A stretch of DNA of 55,351 nt, counting the filler, from Nitrospirota bacterium (GTDB taxonomy: Bacteria; UBA2233), in NCBI GenBank assembly GCA_011620345.1. It is 2 parts of 2 records of this genome, joined end to end, with 100 filler letters (N's around TTAATTAATTAA, not from the genome) between each part and the next. Parts side by side here need not be neighbours in the genome. Positions count along the whole stretch, not along the records: positions 1 to 28,174 come from WOZJ01000048.1; positions 28,275 to 55,351 come from WOZJ01000031.1. One strand, given 5' to 3'. Position 1 is the stretch's first letter; each line of letters begins with the position of its first letter. Below, one piece after another: positions 19,821 through 29,232 of this stretch. The position numbers and the translations under genes are program-made. The notes under the pieces were generated by a model that did no database searches, was not told where the DNA came from, and saw only the letters and a program-made list of their open reading frames with translations.

Positions 19821-20416
19821 ACGATCTTCCAAAGGTCCACGGGGTGGAGCTTATAGACGTCCTCTACACGAAGGCCCGATTTGGCTATCAGCGGCTCAAG
19901 CGCAAAATCGGGGTGCCATCCCAACTTCCTGCACAACGGAGCGAACGCCTTGAGAAGCACCAGAGACGCGGGATTTTCGCTCCGAAAATGGTTGATAATG
20001 ACGATCGAACCCCCAGGCCGGGTGACCCTTTGCATCTCCTTGAGGATCTCATGCGGGTTGTCCGCCACCGAGACGACGTGGGCAACGATGCTGTGGTCAA
20101 ACACGTTGTCTTTGAAAGCAAGCCGCCTTCCATCCATTTTTGCCAGCAGGACCGACTGGGCGTTGATCCCGGGAAGCTTGGCTTTTGCCCTGGCAAGCAT
20201 GGCATCGAGCACGTCCACCCCGACCACGCGCACACCTGCCGGGTACAAAGGGAGAGAAATGCCAGTTCCTACGCCTACCTCGAGCACACTCTGCCCTGGA
20301 GAAAGCACAAGCTTTTCGATGACATGCCTCAGCCTTGGCAAAAACATCCTGCCAAAGACGGCGTCGTATATTTTTACGTACCGGCCGTAGGCCTTCTCTA
20401 TGGCCTGGATGTCCAC
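19793..20416 (-). CDS. Class I SAM methyltransferase, PmtA-like phospholipid N-methyltransferase
   Basis: YDAVFG, VLEVGVGTGISLPLYP, RVTRPGG, INHF. Confidence 0.8.
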   Translation of the reverse strand: MDIQAIEKAYGRYVKIYDAVFGRMFLPRLRHVIEKLVLSPGQSVLEVGVGTGISLPLYPAGVRVVGVDVLDAMLARAKAKLPGINAQSVLLAKMDGRRLAFKDNVFDHSIVAHVVSVADNPHEILKEMQRVTRPGGSIVIINHFRSENPASLVLLKAFAPLCRKLGWHPDFALEPLIAKSGLRVEDVYKLHPVDLWKIVWTKSSPRS

Positions 20417-21846
20417 AGCGCCCCCATCAGTTCGCGGGCATGGGCTTCAAGCGCCCTTAGGTGTTCTTCCGACCGGGCCTCGATGTACATACGCACCACG
20501 GGCTCTGTTCCCGAAGGCCGAAGCAGGATCCAACTGCCATCCTCGAGGATCCATTTCGTTCCGTCGAGCCTGCTTACGGAAGCCATGCGGACACCTGCAA
20601 GCTCCTTAGGCTCTTCTTCGAGGATCTGCTGAAGGGCATCAGCCTTGGCCGGCTCAAAAGGCAGGTTGACCCTGCTTGTATAGAACGGGCCTGTTTGTAG
20701 CCAAAGGCTCTCTTGGAGCGATCTCAAGGGAACTGCGTTCCTACAGACGGCCTCCAGGGCAAGCAGGCAGGCTAAGATTCCGTCTTTCTCTGGAACATGA
20801 CCCTTAAGCGAAAGGCCCGCGCTCTCCTCGCCTGCCAAAATAGCCCTTCCATCCCAAAGCGCCTGGCCCAAGTATTTGAACCCCACCTTGGTTTCGATAG
20901 CCCTTTGCCCGTGGAGCTTTGCGACTGCATCAATAAAATGCGAGGTGGCCACGCTTCTTGCCGCGTCTCCCTTCATGCCCTTTTGGGCGATGAGCTCGTG
21001 ATACAAAAGACCCAGGAATACGTTGGGCAAAACAAACGTCCCGCCCTTATCGACAACCCCGTAACGGTCGGCATCGCCGTCGGTGGCGAGCGCGATATCA
21101 AACCCTTGCTCTTGGACGATCCGGACGGTTTCGGCAAGTTCTTCCGGAGCCGGTTCTGGCGCCATCCCGTCGAACGTAGGGTCAGGGTTTGCCCTTCTTA
21201 CCTGGACCTTGACCCCTCTTGTTGTCAGGTAATGATCGAGGTGGCCCGCTCCCGTTCCGTGGAGGACGTCCACGAGCACTTTGGGCTTTGCGCGTTGAAT
21301 GACCCCAACATCCAGGAAGGTATCGAGTGTGGCAAAATACGCCTCGGAAGGGTCAATAGGAACAACAAGGCTCTTTGTTGCCGCCTCTTCGAGGTCGAGC
21401 GTGGAAATCGAAGGGTCCCGGGAATAGATCTCTTGAGCAAGTACCTCTAACCTCTGGGTGGTCTCGGGTAGCGCGGGCCCGCCCCATTCGGGCGAGAACT
21501 TCAGGCCGTTGTAGATTGGGGGGTTGTGACTTGCGGTGATGTTGACGCCCCCTGCCGCGGAACGTCTCAGGATTTCATGCGCGATGACCGGGGTTGGGGT
21601 TGGTCTTTGGCACACGAAGCACGCAACCCCTTCGTGAGTAAGAACCCCAACGACCTCCCTGGCAAATTTTTCAGACAAGAACCGCGTATCGTAGCCAACG
21701 ACCACACCTCGTCCTTGCATACCTTTTTCCTTCAGAAAGCAAGCAATGGCAAGCGAGGCAATACGGACGTTGGCAAACGTAAAGTCGTCTGCAATAATTC
21801 CACGCCAACCCGACGTTCCGAACGTGATTGGGCACGGCCTTGGCAT
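20398..21846 (-). CDS. Phosphoglucomutase/phosphomannomutase
   Basis: FGTSGWRG, TASHNP, DGDADR, GEESAG, RPSGTEP. Confidence 0.95.
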   Translation of the reverse strand: MPRPCPITFGTSGWRGIIADDFTFANVRIASLAIACFLKEKGMQGRGVVVGYDTRFLSEKFAREVVGVLTHEGVACFVCQRPTPTPVIAHEILRRSAAGGVNITASHNPPIYNGLKFSPEWGGPALPETTQRLEVLAQEIYSRDPSISTLDLEEAATKSLVVPIDPSEAYFATLDTFLDVGVIQRAKPKVLVDVLHGTGAGHLDHYLTTRGVKVQVRRANPDPTFDGMAPEPAPEELAETVRIVQEQGFDIALATDGDADRYGVVDKGGTFVLPNVFLGLLYHELIAQKGMKGDAARSVATSHFIDAVAKLHGQRAIETKVGFKYLGQALWDGRAILAGEESAGLSLKGHVPEKDGILACLLALEAVCRNAVPLRSLQESLWLQTGPFYTSRVNLPFEPAKADALQQILEEEPKELAGVRMASVSRLDGTKWILEDGSWILLRPSGTEPVVRMYIEARSEEHLRALEAHARELMGALWTSRP

Positions 21847-21862
21847 AAAAGTAAGTCCTCCT

Positions 21863-22846
21863 TTAGAGTGGGGGTGCCATAAAGGCCGGAGAGATTGGCT
21901 TTGATATACTCAAACGAAGCACTCCCTCGATACGCCCGAGCATGTCCCCTGGAATTTTAAAACTTGCAGCCTTAGACGATGCTTCGATTTGCTTGGGGTT
22001 TCTGGCCCCGCAAAGTGCAGAAGTCACCCCTCCCTGCTCTATCGCCCACCGGACAGCGAAGGACCCGATATCCACGCCGATCTCCTTGGCCAACCCCTTA
22101 AGCCCTTCCACGGCCTTTAGATGCTCAAGAAAGGCATCCCCTTGGAATTTAGGGTCCACGCTCCTTAGGTCGCCGCTTGGAAATGTCGTTTCTTGCGAAA
22201 ATTTGCCCGTCAAAAGGCCTCTGCAGAGAGGCCCATAGGCAAGGATTCCGATTTGATGCTCCCTGGCATAAGGGAGGGTTTCCGCTTCGATCTCACGCTC
22301 GAACAAGCTGTATGGAACTTGGTTGCTCGCAAGCGTTCCACCCCTGTCGAACGCCTCCATCTGCCCGGCATCAAAATTACTTACGCCAATTTCTCTGATT
22401 TTGCCGGCTTTTTTTAGCTTAAGCAAGGCATCGAGAGATTCTTCGAAAGGAGTGCTGAGATCCGGCCAATGGATCTGATAAAGGTCGATAGAATCGGATC
22501 GAAGCCGCCTTAAGCTCTGATCGATCTCCTCAAAAATCCGCTTGGGCGAGGAATTCCTCCGGATGCGCTCGTTTTCGTCCCACTCAAGGCCGCATTTGGT
22601 CGCCACAACAACCCGGCTTCGAGCCTTAGCCTCTGTAAGAGCCTGGCCGACAAGGGTTTCGGCATGGCCGAACCCGTACACGGGCGCCGTGTCAATCAGC
22701 GTGATTCCAAGGTCTATCGCCTTAAAGATGGCCTTCTTGGAGCTTTCATCTTCTGCACCGCCCCACATCCAGCCGCCCATGACCCAGGTGCCGAGCCCGA
22801 CCACGCTGACCGAAATATCGCTCTTGCCCAGATGTCTTTGTTCCAT
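21863..22846 (-). CDS. Aldo/keto reductase (YhdN/GSP69-like)
   Basis: GLGTWVMGG, IDTAPVYGFG, ATKCG, LYQIHWPD, FMAPP C-terminus. Confidence 0.93.
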   Translation of the reverse strand: MEQRHLGKSDISVSVVGLGTWVMGGWMWGGAEDESSKKAIFKAIDLGITLIDTAPVYGFGHAETLVGQALTEAKARSRVVVATKCGLEWDENERIRRNSSPKRIFEEIDQSLRRLRSDSIDLYQIHWPDLSTPFEESLDALLKLKKAGKIREIGVSNFDAGQMEAFDRGGTLASNQVPYSLFEREIEAETLPYAREHQIGILAYGPLCRGLLTGKFSQETTFPSGDLRSVDPKFQGDAFLEHLKAVEGLKGLAKEIGVDIGSFAVRWAIEQGGVTSALCGARNPKQIEASSKAASFKIPGDMLGRIEGVLRLSISKPISPAFMAPPL

Positions 22847-23136
22847 CGCCTTCAGCCTTTTTCAGTGTGTTTCGTCGTTTAAGGACAAAACCCTTCCTAT
22901 GGTATTTTAGCGCATATCCAAAAACGCCCCAACCCTCATCCCGCTTGACCGCACCCTCTCCATCTGGCAATTCGACGACAACAGCCCCCAGGCTCCAGCT
23001 CGAGCCCTACAAACGCTTCCGCCACGGCCGATGAAGAAGCACCAGCCTGGCATACGCTTTCTTTAAGAAGGGTCAGTCTTGACAAGGCAGATTGATTCGC
23101 CCATCATAATAGCTCAAACTTCCCCATGCTTGCGTA

Positions 23137-23212
23137 GGTCCCATCGTCTAGCGGCCTAGGACACTGGCCTCTCAAGCCAGAAACACGGGTTCGAAGCCCG
23201 TTGGGACCACCA
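23137..23212 (+). tRNA. tRNA-Glu (CTC)
   Basis: GGTCCCATCGTCTAGCGG.., CTGGC-CTCTCAA-GCCAG anticodon arm, GGTTCGAAG T-loop, encoded CCA; TTGACA at 23079. Confidence 0.97.
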
Positions 23213-23635
23213 TTATTTGTAGGAAGCCTGCGGACGCTGCGCGACGACGGCGATGTCCGAAAACCCTGAAAGCCTTAAGGCGTCCATCACCTTGATGGCA
23301 AGCCCAAAATAGACCCCTTGATCCACAAACAGCGCGGCCTGCCCCTTCTCGACCTTTGGAGCCTCGTCAGCCAAGGCTTTTTGAAGCGTACTAAGGGTGC
23401 GCTCCTTTCCGTTGACAAGAATACGCCCGTCCTTGGGAAGCTCAACCCTTAAAACGTTCTTAACTCCCGCCTCCTTGGCCGAGCTCGCCTCGGGCAGGTC
23501 GAGCTTGAGGGCCGGTGCCATAGAGAAGTTCATGGTGAGCAAGAAGTAAATCATGAGGTTGAACACGACATCGATCAGCGGTGTCATCGACATTCCTTGG
23601 GAATCCCGCCGTCTTCGTCTGGTCCGAAGGTACAT
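23213..23635 (-). CDS. exbD: ExbD/TolR family biopolymer transport protein
   Basis: MTPLIDVVFNLMIYF TM helix with conserved Asp, LDLPEA. Confidence 0.9.
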   Translation of the reverse strand: MYLRTRRRRRDSQGMSMTPLIDVVFNLMIYFLLTMNFSMAPALKLDLPEASSAKEAGVKNVLRVELPKDGRILVNGKERTLSTLQKALADEAPKVEKGQAALFVDQGVYFGLAIKVMDALRLSGFSDIAVVAQRPQASYK

Positions 23636-23639
23636 AGGT

Positions 23640-24059
23640 TTAGCGACTGGCCCGAATAAAGGCCTCGATACGTGCCTTTAGCTTGTCTGGCTCGATTACC
23701 CCTTCGATGAAGTCGGCCTTTTTTTGATCAGGGTCTTTCAACACAATCGTCGGATACGCAAGGACGAAAAGCGCGTCTTCCCTATGGATAGGCTTTACGG
23801 GGAACTTTAGGCCGGTTTCTTTCGCGTAGGCTTTGGCGGCGTCTTCCGAAGCACCCACGGCGTAACCCACAATTTCCACGCCCTCCATCTTAAAGTTCTT
23901 AAGGTAATCGGCCATCTTTGCACATGCAGGGCAACCCACTGAGAAATAATACTCTACGATGGCAACCCTTGTGCCGGATACTCCCGGTTCCGGAAAGAAA
24001 CAAAAAAACCATGCCAACGTAAGAATGGCAAACAATTGTACGTGTGCTCTTCGAAGCAC
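23640..24059 (-). CDS. Exported thioredoxin-fold protein (CPAC)
   Basis: N-terminal hydrophobic segment, YFSVGCPAC, cis-Pro loop AYPT. Confidence 0.75.
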   Translation of the reverse strand: MLRRAHVQLFAILTLAWFFCFFPEPGVSGTRVAIVEYYFSVGCPACAKMADYLKNFKMEGVEIVGYAVGASEDAAKAYAKETGLKFPVKPIHREDALFVLAYPTIVLKDPDQKKADFIEGVIEPDKLKARIEAFIRASR

Positions 24060-24123
24060 CGCTTATCCCCCCTGTGAATTGGTTAAGTTATGGTTTGCGC
24101 CTTTTTACATTGCATAAGGAAAC

Positions 24124-25383
24124 TCAAGAAACGTGCGCAATCTTTGGAGTCACGCGTACCTTGATAATCCTTTGCAATCCAACCTGCTCCACGACAAACA
24201 CGGCGCTGTCCGTATCCAGCCGTTGTTTTTCTTGTGGCATATCCTGGAACGCCTCGAGCAAGTAGCCGGCGAGCGTGCTGGCGCGCTCCTCTGGCAATCC
24301 AAGCTCAAGCATGCGGTTTAAATCTTTGATCGACAAATCGGCGTCTACCAGGAAAGAGCCATCAGGCAAGCGCCTGACCCTCTCTAAATCTCTGTCGAAC
24401 TCGTCGAAAATCTCCCCCACGATCTCTTCCAGCAGGTCTTCTAACGTGACCAACCCGACGACCGTCCCGTACTCGTCCACAACGATCGCCATCTGAAGCT
24501 TCTTTGCCCGCATCTCGCGCAAGAGCTCGTCGGTGCGCTTGACCTCGGGAACAAAGAACGCCTCTTTCAGCAGCGGAGCAATGGTGGGGTGCTGCCCTAG
24601 GGCCATGGCAAGCAGCAGGTCCTTAATGTGCAGGATCCCGACGACGTTGCTGATATCCTCCTGATAAACGGGAAACCTCGAAAAGCCTGTCTCCTTCGCC
24701 TTGCGAAGAGCATCCTCGACCGGAGCGTCCAGCTCTACCCCCACCATTTTAGCCCTGGGAACCATAACATCCACAACCCGCGTTTCCGAGAGCTCGAGAA
24801 CGTTCAGGAGCATCAAGCGCCTTTCCTTTGCAAACGCGCCCACCTTGCCGCCGTAGAGCAGCAAATAACGAATTTCATCCTCGGAAATCGTCGGCCTAAG
24901 TTCCAACGATACCCCGCCAATCGTCGTGAGCAACATCCTTGAGATTGCCGTGGTACACCAGGCAGCGGGCATAAGAAGCAGGCGGACAACCTTAAGAAAA
25001 GGGACCAGGGCAAGGCCAATAGGTTCGGCATGGAACAACGCGTAGCTTTTAGGGGTTACCTCCGAACAAACAAGGATTAGGAAAGTCATCAGCACCGCCG
25101 CGTAAACCACGCCCTGCTCCCCGAACACCTTGATCAACAACGAGGCGGCAAGCGAGGAGGCGAGAATGTTGGTGATGTTGTTGCCTACCAAAATGAGGCC
25201 GATGACTTCGTCTGGGCGCTTTAGCATGCCAAGAAGCGATTTCGCGCGAAGGTTGCCGTCTTTGGCGAGCTTATTCAACCGGACACGGTTCATGCCCACG
25301 AGCGCCGTCTCGAGGGCGCTGAAAAGCCCCGAAAGAACAATGCAAGCCAAGATAGCGATCCCATAAAAGGCCTCATGGGACAA
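24124..25383 (-). CDS. HlyC/CorC (CNNM-CBS-CorC) family membrane protein
   Basis: SGLFSALETA, ILVGNN, SEVTPK, tandem CBS domains, VVDEYG, EEIVGEIFDE. Confidence 0.93.
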   Translation of the reverse strand: MSHEAFYGIAILACIVLSGLFSALETALVGMNRVRLNKLAKDGNLRAKSLLGMLKRPDEVIGLILVGNNITNILASSLAASLLIKVFGEQGVVYAAVLMTFLILVCSEVTPKSYALFHAEPIGLALVPFLKVVRLLLMPAAWCTTAISRMLLTTIGGVSLELRPTISEDEIRYLLLYGGKVGAFAKERRLMLLNVLELSETRVVDVMVPRAKMVGVELDAPVEDALRKAKETGFSRFPVYQEDISNVVGILHIKDLLLAMALGQHPTIAPLLKEAFFVPEVKRTDELLREMRAKKLQMAIVVDEYGTVVGLVTLEDLLEEIVGEIFDEFDRDLERVRRLPDGSFLVDADLSIKDLNRMLELGLPEERASTLAGYLLEAFQDMPQEKQRLDTDSAVFVVEQVGLQRIIKVRVTPKIAHVS

Positions 25384-26119
25384 GGCTCAATCTCCTTCTT
25401 TCGACTGGCCCGTGCGAAACCTTGACAATAAAGCTCGCATTTTCCAGCCCGCTTAGGCCATCCCGGCGGAACGAGGCGAAGGGAACGTGAAGGCGCCTGG
25501 TACAAAGCCTTAGGGTATCTATCTGAACACTCGGAACACCCGCGCGCTCGAGCAGCAGGCGGCTTGCCATGCCAAGATCTAGGTAGATTTTGGCATTTCG
25601 TTTTTCAAGGCAGCCAGAAAGCCCCTTTTCGTGGAATACCGAGGCCACATCTTGTTGGATTTCATAACAACATGGCCCGATGTGCGGACCAATCGCAACA
25701 ATGAGCCGCCTCGGCGGAACCCCTAGGTCTTTTTCGAAACGCTCTACGAGCCGGCCTTGAATATCGCGGGCCGTTCCTTTCCATCCGGCGTGAACGCAAG
25801 CTACCGCGTGCGAAACCGGGTCAAGGGCAAGCAGCGGGACACAATCCGCGGTACGTACAACAAGCACTACTCCTGGAAGGTTCGTAATCAGCCCATCCGT
25901 CCGGGGAACCCGAACGGAACTCTCTTTGCCTGTAAGCATCGCCTGCGTCACAACCTGGATGGTATCGCCGTGGACCTGCTCCATCCATACAAGCTTTCTG
26001 GCTCCATGCCATAAAACATCGGGCTTTGGCAAAAAGGCTTGCTTTCCGAGAAATCCGTGGATATTGCCCCTGAATGCCGCCAAACACCCGGAGCGATACC
26101 AAAGAGGGGGTCGATTCAC
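25373..26119 (-). CDS. pgeF: PgeF/YfiH (laccase-domain purine nucleoside enzyme)
   Basis: QVHG, TADCVP, HAGWKG, GPHIGPCCYE, SFRR; GTGA overlap with rluD stop. Confidence 0.92.
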   Translation of the reverse strand: MNRPPLWYRSGCLAAFRGNIHGFLGKQAFLPKPDVLWHGARKLVWMEQVHGDTIQVVTQAMLTGKESSVRVPRTDGLITNLPGVVLVVRTADCVPLLALDPVSHAVACVHAGWKGTARDIQGRLVERFEKDLGVPPRRLIVAIGPHIGPCCYEIQQDVASVFHEKGLSGCLEKRNAKIYLDLGMASRLLLERAGVPSVQIDTLRLCTRRLHVPFASFRRDGLSGLENASFIVKVSHGPVERRRLSLVP

Positions 26120-27117
26120 CTTAACCCTCCTCGATCCTCCGCAAGAAGCCATAAAAGCAAAGAAAAACCGAACGGTAGCGGGGCCTCCACCTCAATCTCG
26201 GCCTTCGTGACCGGATGCCGAAAGGCAAGCTGCCGAGCATGGAGAAGCTGCCCCTCAATCGCCTGGAAGGCCTCCTTGAGGGCGTTTGGCAACCTCTTTG
26301 GCAAGGCGGCCGTCTTCGGACCGTAGAGCCAGTCGCCTACAATCGGATGGCCGATTGCGGCCGTTTGCACCCTAAGCTGGTGGGTACGCCCGGTATGTGG
26401 CCGTAGCGAAACGAGGCTTACAAAATCAAAGCTTTCAAGCAGGCTGTAGGTAGTGAAGGCCGACCGGCCCTTCCCCCTCCCCGGCCTCGTCGTGAAACGC
26501 GTGCCCACTTTTTGCGACCTTGAAAGCATGTTGGCCATCTCGCCCGTCGGGTTACTCGGCTCTCCCCAGACGAGCGCAACATACTCCTTTTTCACGGTTC
26601 GTGCGGCAAACTGCCTCGATAGGCAGATGTGTGCTTCAAGCGTCTTGGCGACCACAAGCGCCCCGGAGGTATCCTTATCTAAGCGGTGGACAATGCCAGG
26701 CCTAGTAGGCTCGCCCACGTGAGCCAAAGAGGGGTACATATCGCTTAAAAAATCCACAAGAGTACGTACGGGCCTTCCGGCTCCAGGGTGGACGACGAGC
26801 CCTTTAGGCTTGTTGAGGACAAGCACGTGCTCATCCTCGTACAGAACGCCGAAAAGGGGCACTCTAGGGCCGGCCGGAGGCTTGGGCTCTTCCGGCCAAG
26901 GAAGGATATGGAGCTGCTGCCCGGGCTCCACCCTTTGCGCGGGTTTGGACGCAAGCTTCCCCGCCACCTTCACCAGCCCCTTGGCGATGGCGCGCTGAAC
27001 GCTAGCCCTGGAAGCAAAAGCCCCTGTTTCGGCAAGCACGGCATCTAGCCGGCCTGGCCTAGCGGCCACGAGAACAACCCCAAGCACCGTCGAACTCGTA
27101 TCGAGGGTTGCTCCCAT
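26116..27117 (-). CDS. rluD: RluA/RluD family pseudouridine synthase
   Basis: S4 domain, NKPKGLVVHPG, GIVHRLDKDTSG, TGRTHQLR; upstream of pgeF. Confidence 0.92.
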   Translation of the reverse strand: MGATLDTSSTVLGVVLVAARPGRLDAVLAETGAFASRASVQRAIAKGLVKVAGKLASKPAQRVEPGQQLHILPWPEEPKPPAGPRVPLFGVLYEDEHVLVLNKPKGLVVHPGAGRPVRTLVDFLSDMYPSLAHVGEPTRPGIVHRLDKDTSGALVVAKTLEAHICLSRQFAARTVKKEYVALVWGEPSNPTGEMANMLSRSQKVGTRFTTRPGRGKGRSAFTTYSLLESFDFVSLVSLRPHTGRTHQLRVQTAAIGHPIVGDWLYGPKTAALPKRLPNALKEAFQAIEGQLLHARQLAFRHPVTKAEIEVEAPLPFGFSLLLWLLAEDRGGLR

Positions 27118-27127
27118 CGGCCCATCC

Positions 27128-28075
27128 TTACAAAGAAACTCCGGAATCCGCCCCTAGGACGGCCGAAGCCTCTTTGATATCTCGCTGAATCTGCTCGGCA
27201 AGCGCCAAGGGGGAAGGAAATAGCTTTTGGCCCCTTAAGAATTTAAGGAACTCGAAAGACAGCTGCCGCCCGTACAAATCGCCTTCGAACCCAATGAGGT
27301 GGACTTCCAAGCTCAGGCGCTCGTCGTCAAAGGTAGGTTTTTGTCCAATGTTTGCCACAGCCCTGTATGTCTTGCCCTCCACGCGGGCAAACCCAGCATA
27401 AACCCCAAGCATAGGGGTATATTTCTTTGGGTCGAGGGCAAGGTTTGCCGTAGGGCATCCAAGGAGCCTCCCCCTGCCCTCCCCGCGCTCAACGACTCCA
27501 TATACAGTGTAAGGCCTGCTCAAAATCTTCGCCGCCTTCTCGGCTTCACCCTTCGATAAAAGCTCCTTGATCCAAGAAGAGCTGATCGGCCGTCCAAAAC
27601 AACAGACCATTTCCGGAGTATATACGCGAAAACCATACAAAGCGCCCATTCTCTCGAGCATGTGGATGTTTCCGCGCCGCCCACGGCCAAAGCAGAAGTC
27701 TTTCCCGACAACAAGCCACTTGGCCTTGAGAGCACCGACGAGGACACGCTCGACGAACGCCTCGGCGGATACCTGGGCAAATTCCATTCCAAATGTCTGG
27801 AGCCAAACCTTTGGAATGCCGAGCGAGGCCAACAACTCGAGCTTTTCAGGAAGGGGCGTAAGGTAGCGGTGGCCTGCTTTTGGGTTGAATACCTCCCTTG
27901 GGTGAGGATAGAGCGTATAGACCCCAAACGGGCACGAGACGGCCAATTCTTTGACCTTCGCGATCACCGCGAGGTGGCCGAGGTGCACACCGTCAAAGTT
28001 TCCGATGGCCACCACGTGCCCGTTTGATTCAGGGGAAAGTCCTTCAATGTCGGCAGGAAGGGTAAGCACCTCCAT
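27128..28075 (-). CDS. ribF: Bifunctional riboflavin kinase / FAD synthetase
   Basis: GNFDGVHLGH, ISSSWIK, GRLLGCPTAN, LEVHL; start approximate. Confidence 0.96.
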   Translation of the reverse strand: MEVLTLPADIEGLSPESNGHVVAIGNFDGVHLGHLAVIAKVKELAVSCPFGVYTLYPHPREVFNPKAGHRYLTPLPEKLELLASLGIPKVWLQTFGMEFAQVSAEAFVERVLVGALKAKWLVVGKDFCFGRGRRGNIHMLERMGALYGFRVYTPEMVCCFGRPISSSWIKELLSKGEAEKAAKILSRPYTVYGVVERGEGRGRLLGCPTANLALDPKKYTPMLGVYAGFARVEGKTYRAVANIGQKPTFDDERLSLEVHLIGFEGDLYGRQLSFEFLKFLRGQKLFPSPLALAEQIQRDIKEASAVLGADSGVSL

Positions 28076-28174
28076 CCCTTCAGGTGCCCTTAACCCGCCT
28101 GATATCCTCGTCCCTCCCCATGACAAAAAGGTAGTCCGAATCTTTGATCACGAACGAACCGTCGGGGATGGGAT

Positions 28175-28274
28175 NNNNNNNNNNNNNNNNNNNNNNNNNN
28201 NNNNNNNNNNNNNNNNNNTTAATTAATTAANNNNNNNNNNNNNNNNNNNNNNNNNNNNNNNNNNNNNNNNNNNN
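28175..28274. other. Artificial contig-joining spacer
   Basis: 44 N + TTAATTAATTAA (stops in all six frames) + 44 N, 100 nt in total. Confidence 0.97.
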
Positions 28275-28423
28275 GCCTCAAGGGGCTTGCCTAGAAGTTG
28301 GCAGAAGGCCTTGTTTGCCCACAAACGCTTGCCTTGAAGGTCTATCAGCGTCAACGCCTGCGGGGCGTTCTCTAGCGCTTGGGCCTTTAGGGCTTCGATG
28401 TCTTGCTTGAGGGCTTTGGGCAT
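28275..28423 (-). CDS. PAS-domain protein, N-terminal part only (cut by contig end)
   Basis: ALENAPQALTLIDLQGKRLWANKAFCQLLG is a typical PAS start; TAAGGAG RBS. Confidence 0.75.
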
Positions 28424-28515
28424 GGCCGCTCCTTATCTCTTTGGGTTACTGGGCATTGCATACTGGGTTGCATTCAAAAGGCATTGTAGCGTAAACCTTC
28501 AAAACGTTAGTAGTT

Positions 28516-29232
28516 TCAGAACCATACACGGATGCCGGCCACGAACGAGGTAGACTCGACCTGCTCGTGCTCTTCCCTGGCGAACCCGGCGGCCTCGCCG
28601 ACTTTCCTTGTCCAGGAAACGCCGACGTAGGGGGCGAACTCCCGGCGAATCTCGTAGCGCAGGCGTAACCCAAGCTCGACATCGTTCAGGCCGTTGCCCA
28701 CCCCGTACTCCTTAACGTCTTGAGCGGCCAGGTTGGCCTCGAACCTTGGCTGAAGGATCAGGCGTTGGGTGATCAGGAGGTCGTACTCGGCCTCCAGCCT
28801 TCCCGAGACGTCCCCATCCTCGCTTATGAACGAGGCGGCATCCAACTCGAACCCATAGGGGGCCAGGCCCTCGAGGCCGAACACGCCGAAGGTGCGCATG
28901 TCGAGGGGTCTAAAGTCGTGGCGGACTCCGGCTTGGAGGTCAAAGAAAGGGGTGATGGCCCGGCTGAATAGCCCTTGGATCTCGGCATGCTCGATCTTGT
29001 CGTTGTTGGTCTTCTCGCCCTCGGCTTTGACCCAGAATTTATTCATGTCCCCTCCGACCCATCCTTCTACATCCCACAAGAACCTCTCCCCCGAATCGTG
29101 CATCTGGTACTCCAGCCGATCGGCGATGGCGTGGAAGAAGACCTCAGTGTCTGAAACCTGGCAGCTCGCTCGCCCGGCGCTCACGATCAGGGCGAGGGCC
29201 ATGAATCCTCCTTTCCAAAGAGTCTTGCTCAT
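28516..29232 (-). CDS. copB: Copper resistance outer-membrane protein B
   Basis: DRLEY, GWVGGD, GLEGLAPYGFE, EYDLLITQRLILQPR, GLRLRYEIRREFAPYVG, terminal WF. Confidence 0.95.
   Translation of the reverse strand: MSKTLWKGGFMALALIVSAGRASCQVSDTEVFFHAIADRLEYQMHDSGERFLWDVEGWVGGDMNKFWVKAEGEKTNNDKIEHAEIQGLFSRAITPFFDLQAGVRHDFRPLDMRTFGVFGLEGLAPYGFELDAASFISEDGDVSGRLEAEYDLLITQRLILQPRFEANLAAQDVKEYGVGNGLNDVELGLRLRYEIRREFAPYVGVSWTRKVGEAAGFAREEHEQVESTSFVAGIRVWF

Noticed and set aside
22847..23078. Possible gene remnant between the AKR gene and tRNA-Glu
   Set aside because: Only short, frame-broken protein-like stretches with no recognisable family; cannot be supported without BLASTX
16757..23212. tRNA-anchored genomic island or prophage
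   Set aside because: No integrase, no duplicated tRNA 3' end seen, and the content is housekeeping genes
28219..28230. TTAATTAATTAA as a biological repeat or att site
   Set aside because: Centred in symmetric N runs; a standard all-frame-stop assembly linker
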